A stretch of DNA of 61,627 nucleotides, filler included. It is 4 parts of 4 records of this genome, joined end to end, with 100 filler letters (N's around TTAATTAATTAA, not from the genome) between each part and the next. Parts side by side here need not be neighbours in the genome. Positions count along the whole stretch, not along the records: positions 31,764 to 40,834 come from SRR31156797_1681; positions 40,935 to 48,386 come from SRR31156797_1684; positions 48,487 to 61,627 come from SRR31156797_1685; 1 more part is not named here. One strand, 5' to 3'. Shown piece by piece: positions 39,429 through 48,494 of the stretch; the first letter of the stretch is position 1, and each line of letters starts with the position of its first letter. The notes under the pieces were generated by a model that was not told the origin of the DNA, searched no databases, and saw only the letters and a list, made by a program, of their open reading frames with translations. Position numbers and translations under genes: made by a program.

Positions 39429-40778
39429 ATGCCCGGAACTGTTTGGCTGATTATTGTTCTGGTTGTTTCCGTTTTGTTTATTATTCTGGGAACTACTAAA
39501 TTTAAGATGCACCCCTTTATTGTTTTGCTGCTGGCATCGTACCTGGCCGGTGCAATGGCCGGACTCCCTATTTCAGATATTGCCGCTACCATAGCAACCG
39601 GTTTTGGAAATATAATGGCATACATTGGTATTGTAATTATTCTCGGAACGATAATCGGGACCATCCTGGAAAAGTCGCATGCAGCAGTTAAACTGGCCGA
39701 AATTGTGCTAAAACTTGTAGGAAAACGGTTTCCGGGGCTGGCCATGTCTATCATCGGGTACATTGTTTCTATTCCTGTATTTTGCGACTCGGCTTATATA
39801 ATACTCTCCTCGCTCAAAAAATCGATAATTCATAAAACCGGCAAACCTTCAGTTGCCCTTTCCATTGCACTGGCCACCGGATTATATGCAACACACACTT
39901 TTGTACCTCCTACTCCGGGTCCCATTGCCGCTGCCGGAAACCTGGGACTTGAAAACCAGCTGGGACTGGTAATTTTATTTGGTGCTGTTGTAGCCGTTGT
40001 AGCAATGATTACCGGATATTTATGGGCTTCGTATGTGGGAAAAAAATACACCACCGACGACGATGAAGCAACAGAAACCACAGACCATTTCGAAGGGCTT
40101 AAACTACCTTCAGGAACAAAAGCACTAATGCCGATTTTAGTTCCTATTTTCTTAATTGCTATTCGTTCTGTTGCCACCTATCCGACAAAACCATTTGGTG
40201 AAGATTTTTTTTATTCCGCCATCGATTTTTTAGGGCAACCCATTAATGCATTGCTTATTGGTTTTTTATTGTCGTTTTTGCTTTTCCCGAAATTCAACAA
40301 AGAAACACTCACCGGCTGGATTGGCGACGGAATTACCGCAGCGGCTCCTATTCTGTTAATTACCGGAGCTGGTGGCGCTTTTGGCACCATTTTAAAAGAA
40401 ACACATATTGGCGAAACACTGGGAAATATACTGGCCGGTTACCAGTTGGGTATTTTCCTGCCGTTTATTATTGCTGCTGCTTTTAAAACAGCACAAGGTT
40501 CTTCCACAGTAGCACTGGTAGCCACATCGGCATTAATTGCCCCGCTGCTATCAAGTATCGGAATCGATTCATTAAATGGAAAAGTGCTTGCAGTAATGGC
40601 AACAGGAGCCGGAGCAATGACCATCTCGCATGCCAACGACAGCTTTTTCTGGGTGGTTACTCAATTCTCGGGACTGGACGTAAAAACCGGGTATAAAACA
40701 CACACCCTGGCAACCCTGATTCAGGGAACGGTTTCCATGGCTTTTATTTATTTATTGTGGATTGTTATAGGAAGCTAG
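39429..40778 (+). CDS. GntP family permease
   Basis: HPFIVLL, IPVFCDS, HTFVPPTPGP, AQGSSTVA, SHANDSFFWV; start at MPGTVW. Confidence 0.93.
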   Translation: MPGTVWLIIVLVVSVLFIILGTTKFKMHPFIVLLLASYLAGAMAGLPISDIAATIATGFGNIMAYIGIVIILGTIIGTILEKSHAAVKLAEIVLKLVGKRFPGLAMSIIGYIVSIPVFCDSAYIILSSLKKSIIHKTGKPSVALSIALATGLYATHTFVPPTPGPIAAAGNLGLENQLGLVILFGAVVAVVAMITGYLWASYVGKKYTTDDDEATETTDHFEGLKLPSGTKALMPILVPIFLIAIRSVATYPTKPFGEDFFYSAIDFLGQPINALLIGFLLSFLLFPKFNKETLTGWIGDGITAAAPILLITGAGGAFGTILKETHIGETLGNILAGYQLGIFLPFIIAAAFKTAQGSSTVALVATSALIAPLLSSIGIDSLNGKVLAVMATGAGAMTISHANDSFFWVVTQFSGLDVKTGYKTHTLATLIQGTVSMAFIYLLWIVIGS

Positions 40779-40794
40779 AAGCAGAAGAAAGAAA

Positions 40795-40834
40795 GGGAGA
40801 AAGGGTGAAAGAGTGAAAGAGTGAAAGAGTGAAA
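40795..40834 (+). repeat. Tandem 8-mer GAGTGAAA running into the contig end
   Basis: gggagaaa gggtgaaa gagtgaaa x3. Confidence 0.8.
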
Positions 40835-40934
40835 NNNNNNNNNNNNNNNNNNNNNNNNNNNNNNNNNNNNNNNNNNNNTTAATTAATTAANNNNNNNNNN
40901 NNNNNNNNNNNNNNNNNNNNNNNNNNNNNNNNNN
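40835..40934. other. Artificial contig linker
   Basis: 44 N + TTAATTAATTAA + 44 N. Confidence 0.99.
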
Positions 40935-41147
40935 GATAGAAGTTTTAAAACAAGATGTATCCATGCAATTCTTTTTGAGTTTGGATTATTGTTTCCTACA
41001 ATTCCTGTAATTGCTTATTCTTTGAAGATAGGGATTATTGAAGCATTTATTTTAGATATAGGTTTTGTAGCATTTGTCTTAGTATTTACTGTTATTTATA
41101 ATTATATCTACGATAGAGTGAGATTAGTTTTTATCAAAAGTAGTTAA
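40935..41147 (+). CDS. PACE (AceI-like) efflux transporter, 3' fragment; absent from the ORF track
   Basis: Translates DRSFKTRCIHAILFEFGLLFPTIP...DIG...YNYIYDR, matching the PACE repeat R..HA..FE.G. Confidence 0.8.
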   Translation, partial: DRSFKTRCIHAILFEFGLLFPTIPVIAYSLKIGIIEAFILDIGFVAFVLVFTVIYNYIYDRVRLVFIKSS

Positions 41148-41167
41148 GAAGTTTTAACTTCTTAACT
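41142..41167. terminator. Bidirectional terminator between convergent genes
   Basis: AGTTAAGAAGTT / AACTTCTTAACT perfect inverted repeat. Confidence 0.75.
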
Positions 41168-41179
41168 CTTTTGGAGTAT

Positions 41180-42169
41180 TTATTTTATAATTTTTCCATA
41201 TGGTCCAAATTTATGGTCAAAGTTTTCCATATTTGGTCTATAAACATCTGGAGCTTTAACAACATCATCTGGGAAATCTGAAGTTCTGTTGATTTTCTCA
41301 GGTCTATAGTGACTATCTTGGTTCATATATGCTGCTACATCATAAGACTCTTTATCTGTTAAGATTGGGTTCTCTTTTGTTGCACCTAATGGCATATTTG
41401 CTTTAATAAAGTCTGCTGCTTTTAGGATTCTATACATTCCTGCACCTTTATTATATGTATCATCTGTACCCCATAATGCAGGGAACATATATCCATTTGC
41501 TAAACCTTCATTTTTCACACCTAAACCATCTGCACCATGACAAGAAGCACAGTGTTTTGTATAAACTTTTTTACCGTTTTCTACATCTGCTTTAGTTGTT
41601 TTAACCATTTTTCTATCTACTTTAGTAAGTCTTCTTCCATCAACTTTAGCTCCACCTACAGGGTAACCTTGACTTAGGAAGTGCATATAAGCTTTCATAG
41701 CTTTCATCTCTTTACCTTCAGCAGGAAGAGGGTATCCATTCATACTTCTTTGCATACAACCATTGATTCTAGCAGTTAAAGTACCAATTCCATCCTCTCT
41801 TGGTCTATATTGTGGAAACTCACCATAAGTTCCAATAAAAGGAGCTGAATATTTTTTTGTACCAGCATCTAAGTGGCAGTTTTGACATGAGTTATTATTT
41901 CCAGCAAATCTCATACTCATATCTTCTACTTCAGGTCCAATATATTTATATGTATGAACAATAAGCTCTTTACCATATCTTACTAATTTACCATAATCAT
42001 TATCTGGTAGTTTGTCAATATTTGGAACTTTGTATTCCATCTTTGGTTTTTCAAAACCCCTATCACTTCTTTTTTGTAACTCTTTTTTATCAAAAGCTAA
42101 AGCATTTGAAGAGAACAGTGTTGCAATAAGTGTTGAAACAAGAATAAGTTTTTTGTTGTTAAGTTTCAT
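41180..42169 (-). CDS. tsdA: Diheme c-type thiosulfate dehydrogenase / tetrathionate reductase
   Basis: Signal peptide, CQNCH and CASCH heme sites, RINGCMQRSMNG active-site Cys motif, PALWG, GAGM, NMP. Confidence 0.9.
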   Translation of the reverse strand: MKLNNKKLILVSTLIATLFSSNALAFDKKELQKRSDRGFEKPKMEYKVPNIDKLPDNDYGKLVRYGKELIVHTYKYIGPEVEDMSMRFAGNNNSCQNCHLDAGTKKYSAPFIGTYGEFPQYRPREDGIGTLTARINGCMQRSMNGYPLPAEGKEMKAMKAYMHFLSQGYPVGGAKVDGRRLTKVDRKMVKTTKADVENGKKVYTKHCASCHGADGLGVKNEGLANGYMFPALWGTDDTYNKGAGMYRILKAADFIKANMPLGATKENPILTDKESYDVAAYMNQDSHYRPEKINRTSDFPDDVVKAPDVYRPNMENFDHKFGPYGKIIK

Positions 42170-42195
42170 AAGTAACTCCTTTTTAAATCTGCATA

Positions 42196-42233
42196 ATTGT
42201 ACAAATATAAAGTTACTTTTATGTTTACTTTTA
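42196..42233 (-). promoter_or_regulatory. tsdA promoter: TACAAT -10 with a tandem TAAAAGTAA direct repeat (candidate OmpR-family box)
   Basis: ttactttta at 42213-42221 and 42225-42233; -10 at 42196-42201; AGGAG RBS before the ATG. Confidence 0.55.
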
Positions 42234-42249
42234 ATAATATAGTTTAAGT

Positions 42250-43386
42250 TTAATTAAAGAAATTGTATTTGAATATTGTTCCATCTTCTTTTGTAGATTC
42301 TAAGAAAATATCTATATTATTTATTTTACAAATATTTTTTACAATATTTAGTCCAATACCAAAACCTCCCTTTATATGGTTCTCTTTTTGGTATCTATCA
42401 AAGATATTTTTCTTGTTTTTTATAGGTGGTGCAAAGTTTCTTACACTAAATACTATTTGCTCATTTTCTTTAAATAAGTTAATAGTTATATCTGTATCAT
42501 TAAATGAGTATTTGATTGCATTTGAAAGAGTGTTATCTATTATTCTTAATAAATGTGTTCTATTTATTAAAAGGGTTAAGTTATCTTCTATATTTAATTT
42601 TAAATTTATATTTTTAGGATTTGCTAGACTTTCAAATTGGTCTACTCTTTGTTTTAAAAGATATGAAAAGTCTATTTGCTCTTTATTGTATTTAACTGTT
42701 TTTTCTTTTATTAAGTATTCAATATCTTCATATACTAAAAATAGATTTTTTGTTGCATTTATTGACCTTTGAAGTTCTTTTGAACTCTTGTTCTCTTCTT
42801 TACTTTCTAACATCTCTAAATTTAGCTGGATAATTCCAAGGGGTGTTTTAAGTTCATGCATTGCATCATTAAAAAAAGCATCTAAATATTCATTTGCTTT
42901 TTTGTATGGTTCAATACTTGCTTTTATGATCAAATAAATAGAGATAAATATAAAAAGACCAATGCAAATAGATAAGATAAGTATTTTTAAATAAACCTCT
43001 TCATAGGAAATTTTTTTTGAAACCTTTAGATATTTTGCCTTTAATCTATTACTTGATAATTCAACTTCTAGACTTAAAAGCTTTGAATTTTCATCTAAGT
43101 TTAGATTTCTTGTTTTGTAAATAATTTGTTTTTTATCTGTTAATAAAGTTGCTTCATATTTAAAAGATTTTGGAAAAATAAAAGTATCACTTTTTGAGTT
43201 TGAAAAGTCATAGATAGTTCTTTGTACTTTTTGAGCATACTCAATAAGAACTCTATTTTGATTGTTTTTATAACTTTCAAGTTCTAAGTTTGTATAAAAA
43301 TATGTGGGAATAGCAATAAAGATAAAGAATATCGCAGTATAAAAAAGAGATATTTTTAATATAAAGTTTTTACTCTTCTCTATCAA
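42250..43386 (-). CDS. Sensor histidine kinase (HisKA + HATPase)
   Basis: Two TM segments, MHELKTPL, DNTLSNAIKYS, GGFGIGL. Confidence 0.95.
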   Translation of the reverse strand: MIEKSKNFILKISLFYTAIFFIFIAIPTYFYTNLELESYKNNQNRVLIEYAQKVQRTIYDFSNSKSDTFIFPKSFKYEATLLTDKKQIIYKTRNLNLDENSKLLSLEVELSSNRLKAKYLKVSKKISYEEVYLKILILSICIGLFIFISIYLIIKASIEPYKKANEYLDAFFNDAMHELKTPLGIIQLNLEMLESKEENKSSKELQRSINATKNLFLVYEDIEYLIKEKTVKYNKEQIDFSYLLKQRVDQFESLANPKNINLKLNIEDNLTLLINRTHLLRIIDNTLSNAIKYSFNDTDITINLFKENEQIVFSVRNFAPPIKNKKNIFDRYQKENHIKGGFGIGLNIVKNICKINNIDIFLESTKEDGTIFKYNFFN

Positions 43387-44035
43387 TTTTATATCCTATA
43401 CCTCTTTGGTTAACAATAAACTCTTTAGAGGTTTTATCTCTAATTTTTTTAATACAAACCCTAATATCAGCTTCACAAATATATTTATCATCCCATACTT
43501 CACTTCGAAGAGTTTCTATACTTATGTATTGATTTTTGTTTGAAACTAAACAAAAAACTACATCACTCTCTTTTTTTGTAAGGTTTATAACTTCACTATT
43601 TCTTCTTAGTTCTTTTTTTAAAATGTCATAGGTGAAGTCTGGTTTTAGTTTTATCTGTTCTTTTATCTCATTTGTATAAAAAAGTTTTATAAGTTGTTCA
43701 ATTCTATATTTTAACTCTTTTGGTGAAAAAGGTTTTTTAATATAATCATTACAACCAAGCTCATATCCTAAGCTTAGATTATTTATGTCCGTTAAAGAAG
43801 TTATATAAATAACAGGTGTATTATCACCATTTTCTCTTATTGTTTTAACTAGTTCATATCCACTTAAAGTAGGAACTCTAATATCAAGAATTAGAAGGTG
43901 ATATTTGTTTTCATGGATTGCACCTAATGCTTCTTCTCCATCTTCAAAATCATCAATATGGTAGTTTAAAGACTCTAAATACTCTTTGATACTTTGTCTA
44001 TAATCTAAATCATCTTCAAGTAATAAAAGTCTCAT
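43370..44035 (-). CDS. OmpR-family response regulator
   Basis: LLLEDD, LDI..P, DYIKKPF, winged helix ending RGIGY. Confidence 0.95.
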   Translation of the reverse strand: MRLLLLEDDLDYRQSIKEYLESLNYHIDDFEDGEEALGAIHENKYHLLILDIRVPTLSGYELVKTIRENGDNTPVIYITSLTDINNLSLGYELGCNDYIKKPFSPKELKYRIEQLIKLFYTNEIKEQIKLKPDFTYDILKKELRRNSEVINLTKKESDVVFCLVSNKNQYISIETLRSEVWDDKYICEADIRVCIKKIRDKTSKEFIVNQRGIGYKIDREE

Positions 44036-44922
44036 CTTATCTTCACCTCAGAGTTAATATTCACAGTTTCATAGTCAAAACTATTGTTGATATTTATGTG
44101 TTTGTTGTTTTTTATTCCAGTTAAAATATATCCTAAATGATTGTTTTGTAAATCATAATAAGAAAAATATGCAAAAGAGAAATTTTTATTTGATATATAT
44201 CCATAATCTTTTAGGCTATCAAGATTTAACTCTTCTAGGTAGTTAATATTTGTATTGTTTACTAAAACATAGTTTGATATTTCATCATTATTTTTAAGTT
44301 CATTTGCAATATTTAAATATTTTTTATTTAATAAAACAAATAGTTTGTAGCCTTTTTTCTTTAATTCTTTACTTAAATACTCAAAGTTAATTATTGCCTC
44401 AATTGAACCAATATATTTATTGTTTTCTATAATAGGTGAGATTGCTTTTATATTAAGTCTTTTTCCTAGTTCAATTGAAACAATTGGTTGTTTTAGCTCT
44501 TTTACTTTTACTAAACCTTGCCTGAATGATGCTAGTGGAACATCTTTTATATCTATATCCCAACTTCTTAAATATGTAGTTAAGTTCTCATTATGGATTT
44601 GTACTTCAAAATTACTATCTTGTAGCTGTTTTAAACTTTTTATTTTTCTATTTACAACTTCAAAACTCTCTTCTCTGTTTTGGCGTTGAAAACTATTTAT
44701 TATCTCTTTATCTTCAGATAATAAAATAGCCAAAGATAGGGCATATCTTTTTTGCTCTTCAAAAAGGTTTTTTGTAGTTGTTAAAGAGTTTTCAAGATTA
44801 TTTAAAAGATTATTACTATTGTTTATATTATTTAGAAAATAAAAGATTAAGATAATAAAAAAAGAGGTGATAAAAAGTATTATAAATAAATACTTATTAG
44901 GTTTTGAGTTTAAAGCTCTCAA
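44032..44922 (-). CDS. Membrane-anchored Cache-domain protein without cytoplasmic output domain
   Basis: N-terminal TM; Q.H...LRSW...D..L..FR, IELG....IKAISPI....Y.GS.E; TTG start with GAGGTG RBS; overlaps the regulator start by 4 bp. Confidence 0.75.
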   Translation of the reverse strand: MRALNSKPNKYLFIILFITSFFIILIFYFLNNINNSNNLLNNLENSLTTTKNLFEEQKRYALSLAILLSEDKEIINSFQRQNREESFEVVNRKIKSLKQLQDSNFEVQIHNENLTTYLRSWDIDIKDVPLASFRQGLVKVKELKQPIVSIELGKRLNIKAISPIIENNKYIGSIEAIINFEYLSKELKKKGYKLFVLLNKKYLNIANELKNNDEISNYVLVNNTNINYLEELNLDSLKDYGYISNKNFSFAYFSYYDLQNNHLGYILTGIKNNKHININNSFDYETVNINSEVKIR

Positions 44923-44946
44923 GGTTCACCTCTTTTAAAGTGTTAA

Positions 44947-45996
44947 TTATTGTTCAGTAGTGTAGATCTCATCTAATAAAGAGTCTACAAAATCATCTGG
45001 GCTGAACTCGATTAAGTCATTTTGTTTTTCACCAACTCCTACGTAGAAAATTGGAAGTTCTAATTGATTTGAGATTGAGAATAGTGCACCACCTTTTGCA
45101 GTACCATCAAGTTTTGTTACAATAATTCCATCAACACCAACCATTTCATTAAAGGCTTTAGCTTGTGCAATTGCAGTATTACCTTGTGTTCCATCTAAAA
45201 TCATAAGTTTTTGGTGAGGAGCACCTTCTTGTGCTTTACCACATACTTTTACAATCTTCTTAAGCTCATTACTTAAGTTAGTTTGTGTTTGAAGACGTCC
45301 AGCTGTATCAATAATAACATTATCAATATCTTTTGCAACAGCAGATGAGATAGTATCATATGCAACTGCACTAGCATCGTGACCTTGTTTTGTTTTGATA
45401 ATTGGAACATCAATTTTTTGTGCCCAAGTTGCAAGTTGTTCAATAGCAGCAGCCCTAAATGTATCTCCTGCTCCTAAGATAACAGATTTTCCTTCATTTT
45501 TAGCCCTGTTAGCAAGTTTTGCGATAGTTGTTGTTTTTCCTGCTCCATTAACTCCAATGATAAGTCTTACAAAGGGTTTAGGAAGATTTGAAAGGTCAAC
45601 ATCTGGTGCATGTTCAAAAAGCATTACAAGTCTGTGTCTTAACTGCTTTCTTGTAATCTCTTCAGGAAGACCATCCATTGCTTTTTCAATGATTTCGTAT
45701 TCCATATCAGCTTCGATTAACATCTCTTCAATATCTTCAAAGGCAATTTTCTCTTTTCTTTGAGGAACAACTGATTTAATGTTTTCAAATGTTTTTGATA
45801 AGGCTTTACTAAAGAAACCTTTTGATGAAGTCTCTTCTTTTGGCTTTTCTTTAGCTTCTTCTTTTACTTCTTCTACTTTTTCTTCAATAACTTCTTTAGG
45901 TTTTTCTTCTAAAGGAGTTTCCTTTTCTTGTTCTTGAAGAACTACTTCTTCTTCAACTTTTTCTTCTTCTTTTTTCTTTTTAAAAAAACTAAACAT
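44947..45996 (-). CDS. ftsY: SRP receptor FtsY
   Basis: Acidic N-terminus, GVNGAGKTT, DTFRAAA, DTAGR, TKLDGTAKGG. Confidence 0.98.
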   Translation of the reverse strand: MFSFFKKKKEEEKVEEEVVLQEQEKETPLEEKPKEVIEEKVEEVKEEAKEKPKEETSSKGFFSKALSKTFENIKSVVPQRKEKIAFEDIEEMLIEADMEYEIIEKAMDGLPEEITRKQLRHRLVMLFEHAPDVDLSNLPKPFVRLIIGVNGAGKTTTIAKLANRAKNEGKSVILGAGDTFRAAAIEQLATWAQKIDVPIIKTKQGHDASAVAYDTISSAVAKDIDNVIIDTAGRLQTQTNLSNELKKIVKVCGKAQEGAPHQKLMILDGTQGNTAIAQAKAFNEMVGVDGIIVTKLDGTAKGGALFSISNQLELPIFYVGVGEKQNDLIEFSPDDFVDSLLDEIYTTEQ

Positions 45997-45999
45997 TAA

Positions 46000-46551
46000 C
46001 TATTTTCCAAGTGCATTATCAATATCTAATTCCATCATCTCTTCTGGAACTACACCAACATATTTTTGTACTACTTTACCACTTGGGTCGATTAGAAACA
46101 TTGTAGGAATACTTTGTACTGGACCAACTAAGTTTGCAATTTTGAAGTTATCTTCACTATTTGTAATAGGATATCCTATTTCATACTCTTCAATAAATCT
46201 ATTTAACTCTTCTTGGCTTAATAAAGTACCATCTTTTTTCCCTAAGTTAAAACCAACGATTTCAAGTTGGCCTTTATACTTCTTCTTTAAATTATTTAAG
46301 TGCGGAATTTCAGCTCTACATGGAGGACACCAAGTAGCCCAAAAGTTTAATAAAACAGCTTTACCTTGTAACTCTTGTATTGAAACTTGTTTATCTTTTA
46401 CGTCAATGTTTAAACTATTTAAATCATTCGTTTGTAGTGTAAATTTTGTTTGCTTTTCTTTTATAATTTCTTTTTTTTCATCTTTTGAACCACAACCAGT
46501 AAACAAAAGTGTAACAGAAATTATTAAAAATGCTATTTTTTTAAACTGCAT
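46000..46551 (-). CDS. TlpA-family thiol:disulfide oxidoreductase lipoprotein
   Basis: Lipobox FTGC; NFWATWCPPC..EIP; IPT.FLID. Confidence 0.92.
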   Translation of the reverse strand: MQFKKIAFLIISVTLLFTGCGSKDEKKEIIKEKQTKFTLQTNDLNSLNIDVKDKQVSIQELQGKAVLLNFWATWCPPCRAEIPHLNNLKKKYKGQLEIVGFNLGKKDGTLLSQEELNRFIEEYEIGYPITNSEDNFKIANLVGPVQSIPTMFLIDPSGKVVQKYVGVVPEEMMELDIDNALGK

Positions 46552-46610
46552 TTTAATTCCTTATTGGTAGAATATTTAAGGTAAGAATTTTACCCAAGTA
46601 AGGCTTAAAT

Positions 46611-47147
46611 ATGAAAGAAAATCACAAAAGTGATTTCAGAAAATCATGTATTAAAAGATTAGAGTTTTCAAGCCGCTTTTTAAAGTTATATAAAGATAAA
46701 AAGACAGTAGAGAAATTAGAAAAATTTATAGAATTATATAATTTCAAAAATATATTGTTATATATTCCAATGGATATGGAAGTAAATGTACTTCCTTTGA
46801 TTAATAAGTTAAGAAAGAAACAAATTAATGTTTTTGTTCCTTTCATGTACAAGGACAGTTTTAAATTAGTAAAGTATAGATTGCCATTACAAAAGAAGAG
46901 GTTTGGTATTAGGGAACCAAATAACTCTTTTTGTGTTCATCCAAAAATAGATTTAGCCATTGTCCCAGTTGTGGGAATGGATAAAGAGTGGAAAAGAATT
47001 GGTTTTGGTAAAGGAATGTATGACAGATTTTTTTATAGGTTAGATTATAAACCTACTATTGTTTTTACTCAACTAACACTTTGTAAAGCGAATAAAACAC
47101 TAAGTAATAAATACGATATTCAAGCTGATTTTGTAATTACAAATTAA
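46611..47147 (+). CDS. 5-formyltetrahydrofolate cyclo-ligase
   Basis: FGIREP, DLAIVP.VG, RIGFGKGMYDRF. Confidence 0.93.
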   Translation: MKENHKSDFRKSCIKRLEFSSRFLKLYKDKKTVEKLEKFIELYNFKNILLYIPMDMEVNVLPLINKLRKKQINVFVPFMYKDSFKLVKYRLPLQKKRFGIREPNNSFCVHPKIDLAIVPVVGMDKEWKRIGFGKGMYDRFFYRLDYKPTIVFTQLTLCKANKTLSNKYDIQADFVITN

Positions 47148-47156
47148 GGTTTTGAT

Positions 47157-48386
47157 ATGGAATTAGTAGTAGTAGGTATTGTAGTTGCAATTATTAGTGT
47201 TGCGATTACGATATTCGTAGTAAAAAAAATAAATAAAGCAAAATTTGATATTTATATTGAACAAGCAAAGGCAAAAGCTAAAGTTATTGAACACGAGGCT
47301 AAAGTAATCTTAAAAGATGCCCAAATTAAGGCAAAAAGAGATTATGATAGAGAGTTCAAAGCTGCTAAAAGAGAGTATGACGATATGCTTTCTCAGATTG
47401 AAAGAAAAGAGAAAGAGTTAAATCATCATTTAGAGAGTGAGCTTAAAGCTATAAAAGAAGAAAAGGCTCAAATAGTTGAGAAAAATGAGAAGATCACAAC
47501 TATTAAAGATGGTCTAAAAAGACAACAAAAAACTTATGATGAAAAAATTACTAAAGCTATTAAAGTTTTAGAAAATGCTTCTGGTTTAACTGTTGATGAA
47601 GCAAAAGAACTTATGCTTGAAAAAGTAAAAGAAGACAGCAGGGCTGAAATTGCTTCTATTTTTAGAAAAAGATATAAACTTGCAGAGCAAAACAGTAAAG
47701 ATGAGATTAACAATATGTTCTCACAAGCTGTTACAAGATATGCAGGTGAGTTTGCAGCTGAAAGGCTTATCAATAATATCCCTATTAATGATGAAGAAAC
47801 AAAAGGAAAGATTATTGGTAAAGAAGGGCGAAATATTAAAGCCCTTGAAATGTTATTAGGTGTTGATATTATTATTGATGATACACCAAATACAATTACT
47901 ATTTCATCTTTTAACCTTTATAGAAGAGCAATTGCTACAAAAACTATTGAAGAGTTATTAGAAGATGGAAGAATTCAACCTGCAAGAATCGAAGAGATTT
48001 ACAATAAAGTAAAAACAGAGTTTGATAATAACATCCTAAAAGAGGGTGAAGATGTAGTAATGGAGCTTGGAATTAAATCAATGCATCCTGAGCTTATCAA
48101 ACTTGTAGGAAGACTAAGATATAGAGCTTCTTATGGTCAAAATGCATTAAAGCATACATTAGAAGTTGCAAATTTAGCTGGATTAGTAGCTGCACAAATG
48201 GGTGGAGATGCAATTTTAGCAAGACGTGCTGGACTTTTACATGATATTGGAAAAGCTTTAACTCATGACATGCCAGGTAGTCATGTTGATTTAGGTGCTG
48301 AAATCTGTAGAAGATATGATGAGCCAGATACAGTTATTAATGGTATTTATGCTCACCATGGACATGAAGAACCTATAAATGTAGAA
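47157..48386 (+). CDS. rny: Ribonuclease Y, 3' truncated
   Basis: N-terminal TM, coiled coil, KH domain (KGKIIGKEGRNI), HD domain (LLHDIGKA). Confidence 0.97.
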
Positions 48387-48486
48387 NNNNNNNNNNNNNN
48401 NNNNNNNNNNNNNNNNNNNNNNNNNNNNNNTTAATTAATTAANNNNNNNNNNNNNNNNNNNNNNNNNNNNNNNNNNNNNNNNNNNN
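48387..48486. other. Artificial contig linker
   Basis: 44 N + TTAATTAATTAA + 44 N. Confidence 0.99.
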
Positions 48487-48494
48487 TAAAGATT

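Noticed and set aside
40795-40834. GAGTGAAA tandem repeat as a functional array
   Set aside because: Short microsatellite at a contig end; it probably caused the assembly break and its full extent is unknown.
46552-46610. 6S RNA upstream of 5-formyl-THF cyclo-ligase
   Set aside because: The intergenic space is only 59 bp and is occupied by divergent promoter-like elements.
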